Source: Lytechinus pictus (Eukaryota). Taken from it: a stretch of DNA of 64,000 nucleotides. Positions 1 through 13,361 of this stretch are shown one piece after another. Made by a program: the position numbers and the translations under genes. Location: NCBI RefSeq assembly GCF_037042905.1, contig NC_087250.1, positions 22,074,001 to 22,138,000 of the forward strand, in the 5' to 3' direction. Position 1 is the stretch's first letter; the number at the start of each line of letters is the position of its first letter. The notes under the pieces were generated by a model, which was not told the origin of the DNA, did no database searches, and saw nothing but the letters and a program-made list of their open reading frames with translations.

Positions 1-59
1 CAAGGATGTTGTTGACCACAATAAAAAACTAGACAAATTTGCAAATTAAAGATCCATTT

Positions 60-455
60 ATATTATAATAATATGTCCATTTATATAGCGCAGTTTCTAT
101 GTGCATATACTCAACTGTACCTCATAATATTCACGGTAACACACACGAGCACACCCGCGCACATCCATGTTTTCCCACACACACACGGTCTAAACTCCCC
201 GGGGGTCTAAACTTTGTCTTCACAGCGTATAAATGTCATGATCATGATAACGGCTGTAGCTAAGCCGCCATATTGATAGGCGCTAAAGCGTTCAAGATAT
301 AAATCCTACCGGGTACCCATTCACCTCAGCTGGGTCGAGTGCAGCACAGTGTGGATAAATTTCTTGCCGAAGGAAATTACGCCATGGCTGGGATACGAAC
401 CCACGACCCTCTATTTCAAAGTCCGGAGACTAATCCAATGGGCCACAGCGCTCCA
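60..455 (-). mobile_element. tRNA-derived SINE with Deu/Nin-like core (SURF1-like), interrupted near its tail
   Basis: Minus strand reads an A-box-like TGGCCCATTGG, B-box-like GGTTCGTATCCC, then TTCCTTCGGCAAGAAATTTATCCACACTGTGCTGCACTCGACCCAG...AATGGGTACC. Same family as 47879-48150. A-rich tail near 60-110. Confidence 0.7.
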
Positions 456-1210
456 CGCTTCTATGTTTTGTAAAGACAAAATATAGAAGCTGAAAAAAAG
501 TCGAAAAGTAGTACAACTTGATATACCTCATAATAGTCACCCTAACACACACAAGCATACCCAAGCAGGCACGCACATCCATGTTTTCCCACACACATGG
601 TCTAAACTTTGTCTTCAAAGCGTAGAAATGTCATAATCATGATTTATGGAATGATATATCTGATTGGGGGAAATACATGCGTGTAAAGGCAATGGATTCG
701 AAAAGTTTTATGCTGGTATCACCGGTTTAGGGTCTGTATGGTCTTCAAACGTTCATGACAATCATAACAAATGGAATAAACATATTTGGTACAAACACTT
801 GGTAGAAACATCAATTTGGGATTTCGGGTATGTTGTTTTAGTTGGTGACAACATTTGCTCATGCAGGCCGGTCTAAATATCTCAGACGGCATATGGTTAT
901 AGTTAGTATTGTAATACAGTTTTTAGTTCAGAAACCGTTATATGTTTATACATATCCTACCTTTACACACTGTCAAATAAAAAATTGGTTACCAACAGTT
1001 CATCAAATTGTCGCCCTACATGACTGTATAGACTAAGTGGTGCTGAAAAAGTGGGCTGGAGAGGGAATCTGAATTTCAAAAAGAAGAAATGTTGAGCTAG
1101 ATGGCAATATACCGAATGATTGGTGTATTAATTGTTCTGTAAAGAACTAGAATGCAACCGTCTGAGATGAGATCATAGTAGACCAAATGGGTGTGAAAAA
1201 ACACCTTCAT

Positions 1211-1520
1211 GGCCCGTATTCTGAAGTCGGGTTTAACTTAAACTCAGGTTTAAAGTTGTGGTTAAGTATGGACAGCCAATTGTTACATAATCACTAACAG
1301 TAGAGATATCATACTTTCAACTCATTCGGCTCTCAAATCATTCATAATTGTGTAGGAAGTATTAATAGATGATTGTCTTCACCATCGAATAATCAGGAAA
1401 GAGCACAGTAAACATATGAAACATACAACTTAATAAAAATTTTGATACTTTTGGCTTCCCATACTTCGACCACAACTTTAAACCTGAGTTTAAGTTAAAC
1501 CGGACTTCAGAATACGAGCC
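1211..1520. mobile_element. Palindromic MITE (~310 bp)
   Basis: Terminal inverted repeats GGCCCGTATTCTGAAGTCGGGTTTAACTTAAACTCAGGTTTAAAGTTGTGG / CCACAACTTTAAACCTGAGTTTAAGTTAAACCGGACTTCAGAATACGAGCC. Confidence 0.75.
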
Positions 1521-2212
1521 CATGGGTGCAGAATCCAAACAAAACGTACATCCAATACACAGTATACATAATAATAATAATAATAATACATCATTTATTA
1601 AAATATGAACTGTATCAAAGGTACTCGCTTTTGAGTTATGTGTATTGATGAGTTGCAAGATTTCTTTTTTGTACTTCTCATGAATACTAAAGAAAACAAA
1701 ATACTGCTCTAAAGTCATAATCATATATGAGATGATAATTATAATACTGATAATAATATCATGATATTAAAACTAATAATAACAAGTACATAAATAATTA
1801 CAATATAAAATCTCATTTATCTTTTCAAACCAAGAATGGCGGCTGCTTTTAGTACAACTTGGAATGAAGTTTTTTAATCTTATCTATTATCATACTTTTC
1901 TCGAACATTCCCCCGCCCCCCTGCGAGCAACTGCATCAAGAACATGTTATTCTTAAAGTTGCCATTGTAAAAACACGCGCACCCTGCCACAATGGAAATG
2001 AAATGAATGGCAATATAATCTCATAATTATATCTATTAATTAGGCTTGGACAATATTATTGATCATCCTGAACTCAACATTGTGGGTCCAACTATTACTT
2101 TAAATGAACGTCAAAGTGGTAGATTCAGGAGAGAAATAAATACACAATGTATAGAGACCCTACTTATGGATGTATAGGCTAAAATGATAATAAACAGAAA
2201 AGTATCAAGGTA

Positions 2213-2378
2213 CACTGTAAAAATGAAGTGCTAATTTAGCACTTAAAGTGCTTGTATAGTGACTGCACTACGAGTGCTGATTTTCTAGTTTAAATTTGAA
2301 CTAAAAAATCAGCACTCGTAGTGCAGTCACTATGCAAGCACTGTAAGTGCTAAATTAGCACTTCATTTTTTTACAGTG
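2213..2378. mobile_element. CACTG-terminated near-perfect hairpin MITE
   Basis: CACTGTAAAAA...TTTTTACAGTG flanked by TA; almost the whole element is one inverted repeat. Confidence 0.75.
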
Positions 2379-3573
2379 TATATGAGTGTAGCTGCACTGA
2401 ATCTACATTGACTCTTTGGTATATAAAGAAGGTGATACGTATATGATTATGCAAATGTAACAGATATTACAAAATTTTCGCATAAATCTAATGTAATGGA
2501 TAATGTCCAATGTAGGATCAGGCGTACTGTACTGCATAATTGCTTCACACCCATTTCCTTTTTTTTTTATCAATAACTTGGAATAATGTTACCCTGTTCT
2601 ATCAGAAGCAAGACGGGGGATGTGGAGGGCATAATAATCCAAGACAGTAAAGGCATACGTTAATATGGCGGGCTACAAACAAAAGTACTTAGCATATTAA
2701 GTGTCAATAGCATTGTGTTAGGATATATGAATAACAGATTTGCATTGGCAACTCTTTGTTTTCAGGAGCATGATCATCGAGATCCAACGATGTGAATTAC
2801 CCAGTGGAGCTTCACATGTTTTTTTTCATTGACTTTCACTGAGTGCTATCCGCCAATCAGATGGAAAGATTTACCGTAGTTTTTAACATTTGTCGACAAA
2901 AAACAAAAAACACCTCATGAAACGCCCCTTCCCCCTCCCCCCTTCCCAATATGAATATCAACTTTGGCCGAAAAATGCCTCAAAAAACCCTACAAATCAT
3001 CCGTCATGGCTCTGAGGGGTTTTCTAGCATCAACGAGGGTCGGACTTGGCCTTTCACCTTCAACAAACTTCATGGGTAGCTGTGTTGAATACCGAGAGAA
3101 AATCTTCGAAATCACTCTGATTACAATAGCAATGACCTATAAACATAAATAACACAATAGGCACCGTCAATAAAAGGCACATGGGCTAGAAAGTTCTTGT
3201 AGAATTTCATAAGAGTTATGCAATGAGCACTGACCCCCCTGTAAACGACAAATATGTAGAGTGTACACTGCAGCGTCTTACTAAACAGTCAAGTACATTT
3301 AACATGCCCGTTTAAACAAAAAACTGTGATTACTATGTGTAAGTGTCGCAACATCATTTTCACGTCTTCACTCCCCCCCCCCCCCCTTCACCAATTCCCT
3401 TTACGTTATCGGGCCTACTTATATAGACTATGAAACAATGAAAGGCTCTGGAATCATGGTATCAAGAAGTGTCTGTCTAGTTTCTCCTTAGTACAATACT
3501 TTGGCTTCCATCCTCTCAGTCAACACTGAAACAGTTCTGTTGTCTCATTTTATGTAAGCACCTTAAAATGTTT

Positions 3574-3852
<279 letters not shown>

Positions 3853-3983
3853 TCAGTAAAGGTTTCCCTGCAAATGATCAAACAAAGAATTTTACGGTCA
3901 AATTAGGAGTAACGAGGTGGTTGAGTTTACGGTGACCCGACTTTGCTCCTACATGTACAATTGCTCCGGGTTTAATTTCGTCT

Positions 3984-4403
3984 ATAAGACTACCACACAC
4001 CTTGCGACTGTTCGCGATTAGATTTTGGAACAAATCGCATTTTGCTCATTTTCTGAAAATGTGAATGGAACATATCATTTTATTTGAGGTTAAAATTAAT
4101 TGAAAGAATACTGATATTACTATTTTGAAAGATTGCAGGCCTTTATTTTGGAGTAAAGGCCAAATTAGTTTCAAATCGTAGCCAATCGTACGACTGCTAT
4201 GACGTCATTACGACTAAATATTAAATTTGCTTTTATTCTAAGAAGGATGATAGCAGAGTCACATATTTGAACATAGGTATTCGTACGATGATTTCGAACA
4301 TTACACAGTAAGATATTCCAAGTCTCAATATTAGCATCAAATTCTACCACGTTTTATTCCAAAATTGAGTGCAGACCAATCGGAAGGTGTGCAGTCGCCT
4401 TAA
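3984..4403. mobile_element. ~420-bp MITE; inverted copy at 50017-50436
   Basis: Ends ...CACACCTTGCGA / TCGGAAGGTGTGCAGTCGCCTTAA; the body is the reverse complement of 50017-50436. Confidence 0.75.
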
Positions 4404-5127
4404 GATGTAGGGTTAAGGTTGCAATAGGGTTTTGTGTTAGGTTATTAAAGAGTTAGGTTTAGGGTAGAGAAGACCGGGGACAATTTTAACACGGGGCAAA
4501 TGTAACAGAGGCTCCCATTGCAAGCAGAAACAAGCTACAAGGATAAGCATTTCACGTAGTACAGAGCATGCGCATTTCATCGCTCCACATGCTGTTCGAG
4601 TGTAAGCAACGGTTCGTGGAACTTCCTCATGTTTAGTAGGAAAGTAATATCTCGCATTACATGTTTTTCTTCTGGACAAATGTGTAATTGAGCTATAGCC
4701 GTCCAATTCATTATATAGAAAGTATGTTCTTATGCCGTCCGATTTGACTAACATTCCAACGAGGAACACCCATGCTAAGATAGAAACAAAAAATCTTTCC
4801 AAATTTGGCCACCCTCCTCAGGGGCAGATGTTACACCGTGCTACAATTGCCCCTGGCACTTTATGAAAGTGTTAAAAATAAAGCTCAGAAAAGAGAATTG
4901 CATAACTTGAAACCTATCTGGTCGCATTTCATAAGTTGGGTTTGCAAAATGGGTGGCGGATGAACAATTTTACACACGGTGCCATGGATAAATTGTTGCT
5001 ATATCACAGAATCTTGACCAAATTTGTTGAGTAAGATCTCATTTTGAAGCTAGAACTATAGGCTAAATATATTACTATAAATTGGATCAATACAATATTA
5101 TCAGGAACTAAAATTATAGCACATTAA

Positions 5128-5720
5128 AGGTCGAGTCCACCCCAGGAAAATGCTGACTTGAATAAATAGAGAAAAATCAAACTCGCATAGTGTTGAAAAT
5201 TGCATCAAAATCGGATGTAAAATAAGAAAGTTATGACATTTTAAATTTTCGCTTATTTTTCACAAAACGGTGATATGCACAACTAGGTGACTCAGTCGAT
5301 GATGTCCATCACTCACTATTTCTTTTGTTTTTTATTGTTTGAATGATACAATATTTCATTTTTTACAGATTTGAAAATAAGGACCTACTTGACTGAACCA
5401 TATAGTATTAAACAATGCTAATTCCACATGTTCAGGGAGGAATTAATCGTTGTATCACTTGACAATGTGGAGAAAATTAGAACATTTCATACATTTTATA
5501 TAACAAAATACAAAAGAAATAGTGAGTGGATGACGTCATAGTCTCCTCATTTGCATACCTGCCAGGATGTGCATATAACTGTTTTGTGAAATTAAGCGTA
5601 ACTTTAAAATGTCATAACTTTCTTATTTTACATCCGATTTTTATGAAATTTTCAGTGTTATGCTTGTTGGATTTTTCTCTTTTTATTGAAATCAACTTTT
5701 TGTTGGGGTGGACTTGTCCT
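5128..5720. mobile_element. ~590-bp TTAA-flanked MITE (Kolobok-like termini), family copy 1
   Basis: TTAA|AGGTCGAGTCCACCCC...GGGGTGGACTTGTCCT|TTAA with long imperfect TIRs. Related copies at 9317, 11145, 59428 and 61226. Superfamily is inferred from the TTAA TSD and purine termini. Confidence 0.8.
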
Positions 5721-7812
5721 TTAACTTTGAAGTAACGGGGTGGCAAGGCCGCTGGATGCGGTGAATGATAAAATGTTAATCAAACTTAATTAACAACTTA
5801 ATATAATATGTAATATGATTGTCAGCCTCATATTTCTAGGCAGTTACAAAGCAGGGAACAACTAAATGTTATAAAAAAATTGATAACTTTGAAAATATGC
5901 AGGAATTAAATACACGTCCGTCGGTTCTAAGCTGCGACATAATAAATTAGTAAACTGAATAAATTTGGTTAATAATTTAATTTGTAATCTTAATATTTAA
6001 CACAAATGTTGTGGATCATTGCAACAAACATTTCTACCCATGATGTAGTCATTTTAACAAGCATATAGACAGTGACAGGCATTTTGGGGGCAGAGATATG
6101 AAATTAAATATTGTTAATTATTGTAATATGCATACAATATAAACATATAATCATTCGATTTTTTTTTACAGATTTAATTATTGATGTTACAAGATTAAAA
6201 TTGCAAAATACTAGGGTGATCCAATGTTGCATTAACTTTTGACACCATTTTATGTGCACATTGTACAGCAGGTCCAGTTTGAGAACACATTTCAAAATTC
6301 ATATTTACATTGACGTCAATGTAATAACTAGCTGTTAATTAGTCATATTAAGGAAAAATAAAGGTACTTGAGACTCAAAACTTTTTTATTATTATTTACA
6401 GAATGTTGATACCTATCAAAATCAACAATTTGTGGGGGGATTTTTGTTTCCTGTTCGCGAAATTGGATCACCTTATGACATGCGACCATCTGTCAATCAT
6501 TTATTTTTTACAAGGAAATGATAGCCTTTAAGGCTATTATATACATGTATAAGTTTAGAAATTTTGGTCTGCATAGCTCGGGACATAACTGAACATAAAT
6601 CTGTAAAATTTGTTGTCACGATGCAAAATATGACTTTTGTCTAATAAAGTTTATGTTTGTGTTTAGTCGTATTCAAAACCTTCCGTGTTTTCGTGTTTTT
6701 TCTGTTTTTCATAATCAATATCACTTTGCTTGAAACGAATAAGTTAGAACACGAGGAGAGTGTACTATTACAGGTTCCTCTAATGTCAAAACTGTAAGTC
6801 TGAGTACAGGCTTAATTGAAATAAAAGCACACCACACGAGTAGCTTTGTCGATAAGCTAAAACATGATAACGTTTCTACTGTTTACAATGTAATTTTTTG
6901 TAATAAGTTCACACATGATGAATAATAACTTTGAACATAATAGATATGGATAACTTATATTTATCAATGAAATAAAATTCCCAGCCAAAGGCTGAATAAC
7001 ATGAATTTGTAAAGAGTAAAATTCGCTTCCATCATGGGCCCCATGTTTGGGTGAGATAGAGTTTCGAGAAACTAAACATAATTTTATACGCCTAATATTT
7101 GATCTTTCACGATTATAATTGCCCTTTGGAATTTCGGCGTTGATGAATAATATTTAATGCCACGCCCTATCATCATCGGTATAATTTAATAACAATATGC
7201 GTTATAATTAGATGATTCTTAAAGAAATGAAACAATCATAAAAAGGGGTTTTGGCGAAAATGTTTAAAGGATTACAACTTTATTCATCAATTTTTATATT
7301 TTGCAGTTTCAAGTTTATGACGTCATCGGCAATTACCTATCAATCATTTCAGAGGCAATGCTAAGTTGAATAACCCACGATTTAGATTCCTTGCACAGTT
7401 TGGAGTGGAGTTTTCCCACAAGACATGCAAAATTAACATGAAACTTAATAGTAAATCACACATTTTAGAAGATGAGGATAAATATATTAGAGAATAAGCT
7501 GGTGGTAAAAAGCGATGAAGGGCCTATTGCACATAGTTAATTGCACATGCCCCTTCCAAGCCATATGTCTGCTAAAACATCTATACAATGACCAGGAATG
7601 CGAACATACAGTCTAATTATTCCATATGATTACAATAATCGAATACACAAACATATGATCCCTGCCATGCCTGCGGCTGTGCGCCTAGTCCGAGTTTCGT
7701 CCGTCTTCATAATGATTTTGTGTGGGATTATATTTATATAGACATCACATAGTATTATAATTCTGAAACCTGTTAGTACGAGTAATTCTAGCCGAAAATG
7801 AACATTACTTAC

Positions 7813-7900
7813 AATTATCTGAAGAAATTGAAAATGATGGGTGCTCCTGATTTCCAAGCCTTTGCACGATGACTTGTCTTAGACCAAATAAGCTCTGCGG
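7813..7900 (-). other. Probable non-coding first exon of the LC8 gene (5' end uncertain)
   Basis: Strong donor GTAAGT on the minus strand at 7807-7812, downstream of the X-box/CCAAT cluster; would splice to the acceptor at 3868. Confidence 0.5.
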
Positions 7901-7974
7901 ACACTCAAAGGAAAAATCCCGCCAGTGGTATGCACTGATTTCCACACGATAGGGGTGACTGGCTCGCACACGAC

Positions 7975-8294
7975 GTCTGCCTAGCAACACTCTACCACAT
8001 TTACATCGCATAATCCTATTGGTCAACTCACCTCGCTGCCTGAGGCTTATAACAGTAGCTTATAACACATGTCTGGCGCGGGGATGTTGACATAGGACTT
8101 CGTTGGTCGACAATCCTCTTATTTAGAAACGTAGATCTACATAAAAAAGTTCGAGATTTCTTTGAACTACTGTCTTGCATAACTTGGATAACAGAAAAAT
8201 AACAAAACGCTCTGTAATAAAAGTAATTTTTATATTTCAACATCATAATGGATCCGAGTGGATGTCAGGTTCCTAAACTAGTTTCTATGGTAAC
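7975..8294 (-). promoter_or_regulatory. Putative LC8 promoter: two RFX X-boxes and a CCAAT box
   Basis: GTTTCTATGGTAAC (8281-8294) fits the X-box consensus GTHNYY-AT-RRNAAC. GTCTGCCTAGCAAC (7975-7988) is X-box-like. CCAAT on the minus strand at 8018-8022. Confidence 0.6.
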
Positions 8295-8704
8295 GGTTAC
8301 CGCATGATTTTGAAACGTGTATATAGCGAATCAGGAATTTAAATTTATATGTTTCTTAGTTACCATTCTATCGCGCTATTTTGAAGGGGAAGTTCACTCT
8401 GACAAATGGCTTACTGTAAAATTAGCAGGAAAAAATATATATTGGTGGTTTGCGGAGGGTACATCAAAGATTAAGAAAGTTGTTAGAAGTTTGAGTTTTT
8501 GATCTGTGACGTCATATACTAGCAGCTGCCCCGTATTTTATTCACCAAAATATATACTTTTCAACGTTTTAATCAGTGGTTCATGATTGCCAAAAAAATA
8601 TTTCAGGAGTGGATGTGAAATGATTTGTATGTTGATATACTTAGGGTACAATAAAAACCATTTTCATTTTTTTTTTAGAAAATGACATTTCATTTATATT
8701 TTTA

Positions 8705-8890
8705 TTGCCATTTTTACCTTTGCCATTGTTACCTGTGCCATTTTTACCTTTGCCGTTTTTACCTCTGCCATTTTTACCTCTGCCATTTTTACCTTTGCCA
8801 TTGTTACCTTTGCCATTTTTACCTCTGCCATTTTTACCCATGTTTACCTTTGCCATTTTTACCTGTGCCATTTTTACCTCTGCCATTTAC
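8705..8890. repeat. 15-bp minisatellite (TGCCATTTTTACCTY)n, about 12 copies
   Basis: Directly visible tandem array; source of the spurious GKNGK/LPLPF ORFs. Confidence 0.95.
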
Positions 8891-9182
8891 ACCGAGCCTA
8901 TATATCAACTAAATGGGAATACGTAGAAATTGCGGACTTTGCATAAAGCCTATAAAAGTCAATAGGCAGAGATATTTCTTGAAGGACGGGTTGCTATATA
9001 TAGGACTAAGCAAAGTGAGAGATAAAATAAGCGGAGAAAATGGATTTCTGAGTCTGCGGTCATACATACTTGTATTTCAATGGGAAGAATAAAATCACAA
9101 TCTGTGGTCCTCAGTCTCATCTCAATCTCATCTGATCCGCTCGTCCAGTAAAGCCAACACACAATAGTGAGGATACACACAG

Positions 9183-9315
<133 letters not shown>

Positions 9316-9316
9316 A

Positions 9317-9890
9317 AGGGCAAGTCCACCCAAGAAAAATGTTGATTTGAATGAATAGAGAAAAATCAAATTAGCATAACGGTGAAAATTTCATCAAATT
9401 CGGATGTAAAGTAAGGAAGTTATGACATTTTAAAGTTTCGCTTACTTTCACAAAACAGTGATACGCTCATCTCAGTGTCATACAAATGGGACGATGATGT
9501 CCGTCACTCACTATTTCTTTTTTTTTTTTTTTTTTTTTAATTATGCAATATTTCATTTTTTTACAGATTTGACAATAAGGGCCATCTTGACTGAACCATA
9601 TAGTATTAAACAATGGTAATTCCACATGTTCAGGGAGAAATTAACTGTTGTTGGAGGGGCAAATTAGAATATTTCATATAATAAAATACAAAAGAAATAG
9701 CTAGTGGATGACGTCATCCGTCTCTTCATTTGCATACTGACCAGGATGTGCATATAACGGTTTTGTGAAATTAAGCGAAACTTTAAAATGTCATAACTTT
9801 CTTATTTTACGTCCGATTTTGATTAAATTTTCAGTGTTATGCTTGTTGGATTTTTCTCCTTTTATTCAAATCAACTGTTTGTTGGGGTAG
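9317..9890. mobile_element. TTAA-flanked MITE family copy 2 (right end damaged)
   Basis: TTAA|AGGGCAAGTCCACCC start; body colinear with 5128-5720. Confidence 0.8.
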
Positions 9891-11144
9891 CCTATACGCT
9901 TGTTTGAATTTCCTGTTTTACTGAAATCGACGTTTTGATGGGGTAGACTTGACATTTTAAGATGACCACCAATAGATTATTGTGAAACATAATAGGCCTA
10001 TACATGTAGTCCTTCTTACAGCACGTATTATCGCTATGTATGTACAGTGAATAAGTTTCAGCGCATTGGTCGAGAGATGGCGGTATTGTGCAATAAATAT
10101 ATATCTGATTGAGCATGTTGAGTATTGTACATGTAGTTGAGCTTTGGGTTTTTTTTTTTGGGGGGGGGGGATATACCAGTGGCTGGTATATATTTATATA
10201 TGTATATATATGTGTGTGTGTGTGTGATAAATTTAGTCGACCCAAGAACACCTGGCGACAGACCGTTGAGGGCGCAATGTCTAATCTCCGACAGACCTGG
10301 GGGTATCACAGGCCTAATTCATTCCCCATAGACTCGTGTGTTAAATTGGCACTTTAAAAAATTCATAAAAAATAAGGATGAAATTCGGGGGTCGAATGTT
10401 TACTACCAGTGGATAGGATATATATCTGGCAATCCATATCTGACCAGAAAAGGGTCCCTCGACCGGCTCATTTTAAAAATAAATTGGCGTGTTTGAAGAC
10501 ATCGTCGGGGGGAGCAGATTCATCACCTCATTAAACAGCAAAATAGCCCTAATCCTTCCGCCAGTCAAAATATAGTCCAAAATTTGTGATATTTCTTCCC
10601 AATTTGGGAAAAGGAAGTTCAGTAATTACCAAAAATAGAATCAGTGTTAGATGGACAATCATATGCATACACTTTGTCAATCAGCCATATCAACAACAAA
10701 AAATAGCAATGGGTTGGCTCGAATGAATATCTATGGCCTGCCACGAGTGATTAGGACCGTGCAGCCTGGGGGCCGTCTTACAAAGATGAACAATCCATGA
10801 ATAGCACACAGATCTCACCGAAGCGCAACCTGAATTTTTTTTATTATTCTACACTGATAATCGATTGCAACTATGAAGAGGATGGGAAAAAAGAGGATGG
10901 ATGTATTAACCAAGCAATTGATGCTACCGCAAAGCACGAGCTGAATTTTTTTATTTCCGACAAGGAAACTCAACATTCTGAATCTCTTATTCAAATCAAC
11001 TAAAACTTTTCCATTAACTGATCTGAAAAGGAATTGTTTGCAGTGACTCATGATTAGGATACGTTTCTCACCAATAAAATGGACAGAGCGCGATGCAAGA
11101 GTGGATAAAATCATAAGATATTCGACCTGAACTGGACTGGTCAA

Positions 11145-11700
11145 AGGACAAGTCCACCTCAACAAAAAGTTGCTTGGAATTAAAAGAGAAAAATCCAACA
11201 AGCATAACACGGAAAATTTCATCAAAATCGGATGTAAAATAAGAAAGTTAGGAGGTTTGAAAGTTTCGCTTAATTTAATAAAACAGTTATATGCACATCC
11301 TTGTCGGTATGCAAATGAGGAGACAGATGACGTCATCCACTCACTGTTTCTTTTGTATTTTATCATATGAAATATGAAATATTTTAATTTTCTCATCTTT
11401 GTCAAGTGAATCAACGAATTCCTCCCTGAACATGTAGAATTAGCATTGTTTACAACTATATGGTTTATTCAAGTTGGTCCTCATTTTCAAATCTATTAAA
11501 AAATGAAATATTGTATAATTCAAACAATAAAAAAGAAAATAAATAGTGAGTGAGGGACCTCATCGACTGTCTAATTTGCATGTCACTGAGAGTTGCATAT
11601 CACTGTTTTGTGAAAAAAAGCGAAACTTTGAAATAACTTTCTATTTTACATCCGATTTTCAAAGAAAATTCCAGCATTATTTTTTTGGGGGGTGGATTAA
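11145..11700. mobile_element. TTAA-flanked MITE family copy 3 (opposite orientation, degenerate end)
   Basis: AGGACAAGTCCACC start; body colinear with 61226-61815. Confidence 0.75.
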
Positions 11701-12360
11701 TTGTACTGTTAATATTTATTAAAAAGTGGATTTAACTGAATATGTTTTCACAATGATTTGTTTACAACCACTTTCTGTTCTTCAGAGTTTGAGTGTTGTC
11801 AGTATAATGAGCATACGGCCACAACAAGAATTATTTGTTTGCGTGCTCCTTTTCAAACACAGTAATGTTAAAACGGCTTAATGGCAGAGGGAGCATTATG
11901 TGCACCATCGGGGGATGTTGGTACCGCTTCCTGAATGACTCCTCCATCGTCTCGCTCTTGGAAGGATGTGATTGCGGACCGTAGTGGCAATTAGCAGTAT
12001 TTTGAAGTGAAGATTCAGGTGCAAGGTTGATCCTAGTCTAGATCTAAAACCGGCCGCAAAGAAACGTTGTTAGCGCTAACAGAGCACTAACAGCACTATA
12101 TTAGCGAGGTTTTGCCCGCACAGAAGCACAATTAATAGCCCATGGATCCTATGGTTAGCCCAATCACTAGCTAGCGCTGTACAAGGTCGCGCAGAAGCTA
12201 ACACGTTTGAACTATTCACTAACCATGCTAACGGTGCCAAGGGCACCGATAGTGACAATGTTAGTGAATATCTCTTGCGGTCTTGCGTAAAAATTGTCTC
12301 CTTTGTTTATATCAAGTGCTTTAAAATAGACTTAGATCGAATTAAAAGGGTACTCCAGCC

Positions 12361-12597
12361 TATAGGGGCGGATCCCGTTTCTTCCAAAAGGGGGGCACAT
12401 TTTTCTGAGAAAAAGTTTGACAAGCAAAAAAAAATTAAATCTAAAATTTAAGGTATTATTGTCCCAACAAAAAGTGACAAGCAATGAAGCAAAGAAAAAA
12501 GGTCCTTAATTGCTTCCAAGGGGGGGGGGCACACTTTGGTAAAAATGGCCGGCATGTTTACATTAAAAATTTTGATTATAGCTTTGGATCCGCCAGT
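12361..12597. mobile_element. Short hAT-like non-autonomous element
   Basis: GGCGGATCC / GGATCCGCC termini; CTCCAGCC repeated on both flanks (8-bp TSD). Confidence 0.65.
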
Positions 12598-12867
12598 GCT
12601 CCAGCCCCCAATGCATATGAAAGAAAACATAATGAAATTAGATGAGAAGACTGTAATTTCAATCAACAGAATTTGTCAATGGAAAGTAATGAAGAAAGAT
12701 AAATAAGTGAACTGAATGAAGTGAACACTGTAGAGTATTTCTTTAAAACATTGATGCCTATCCATGCCACCATGAATACCCTAGAATGGAATTACCAACA
12801 TGCAATTACAAAGCCAAGTCCCATTTTTCCTTTCCATGATTGCTATTATTACCTTGTTTTCCCCATT

Positions 12868-13034
12868 ATACCTCGGTCACATTTGCTCTACAGCGGCCGT
12901 ACGGCGAGTCGATAACAATCGTTTTATGCATATTTATTCAAACCAGCTGGTACCAAAAAAAATGTTAAAACGGCTGTTTTCGACTCGCCGTACGGCCGCT
13001 GCGGCGCGCCGTAGAGCAAATGTGACCGAGGTAT
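12868..13034. mobile_element. Palindromic MITE (~165 bp)
   Basis: ATACCTCGGTCACATTTGCTCTAC...GTAGAGCAAATGTGACCGAGGTAT inverted arms. Confidence 0.75.
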
Positions 13035-13046
13035 ATACCAATCATA

Positions 13047-13361
13047 CAGTGGCGTACCTAGGATTTTCCACAGGGGGGGGGGGGGGGCAAATTCGTCCGC
13101 CAAAAAATTTGACAAGCAAAAAAAAAAAAGGTCTTCAACCACAAATAAAGGCTCTCTTCCGCCTTTGGCTTTACTGGACGAGCGGATCAGATGAGATTGA
13201 GATGAGACTGAGGACCACAGATTGTGATTTTATTCTTCCCATTGAAAAAAGTCTTCAAGACTCGTCAGGGGGGCAGGGATATGTCCCTTGCATGGGTTGT
13301 GACTCGTCAGGGGGGCAGTCTGCCCCCTCTGCCCCCCCCCCCCCCCGTAGGTACGCTAGTG
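13047..13361. mobile_element. hAT-like MITE carrying a captured 83-bp segment
   Basis: TIRs CAGTGGCGTACCTA / TAGGTACGCTAGTG; 8-bp TSD CAATCATA (13039-13046, 13362-13369); sister copy at 60128-60361. Confidence 0.85.

Noticed and set aside
8641..8926. GKNGK, CHFYL and LPLPF repeat ORFs
   Set aside because: Translation of a 15-bp minisatellite in several frames; no splice or codon support.
10815..11414. 199-aa ORF and similar ORFs at 5526, 59449 and 61005
   Set aside because: Recurrent translations of the non-coding TTAA MITE family.
11780..12030. GC-richer segment after a pyrimidine tract, possibly an exon
   Set aside because: No recognisable product, and the ATG at 11881 opens only a short frame.
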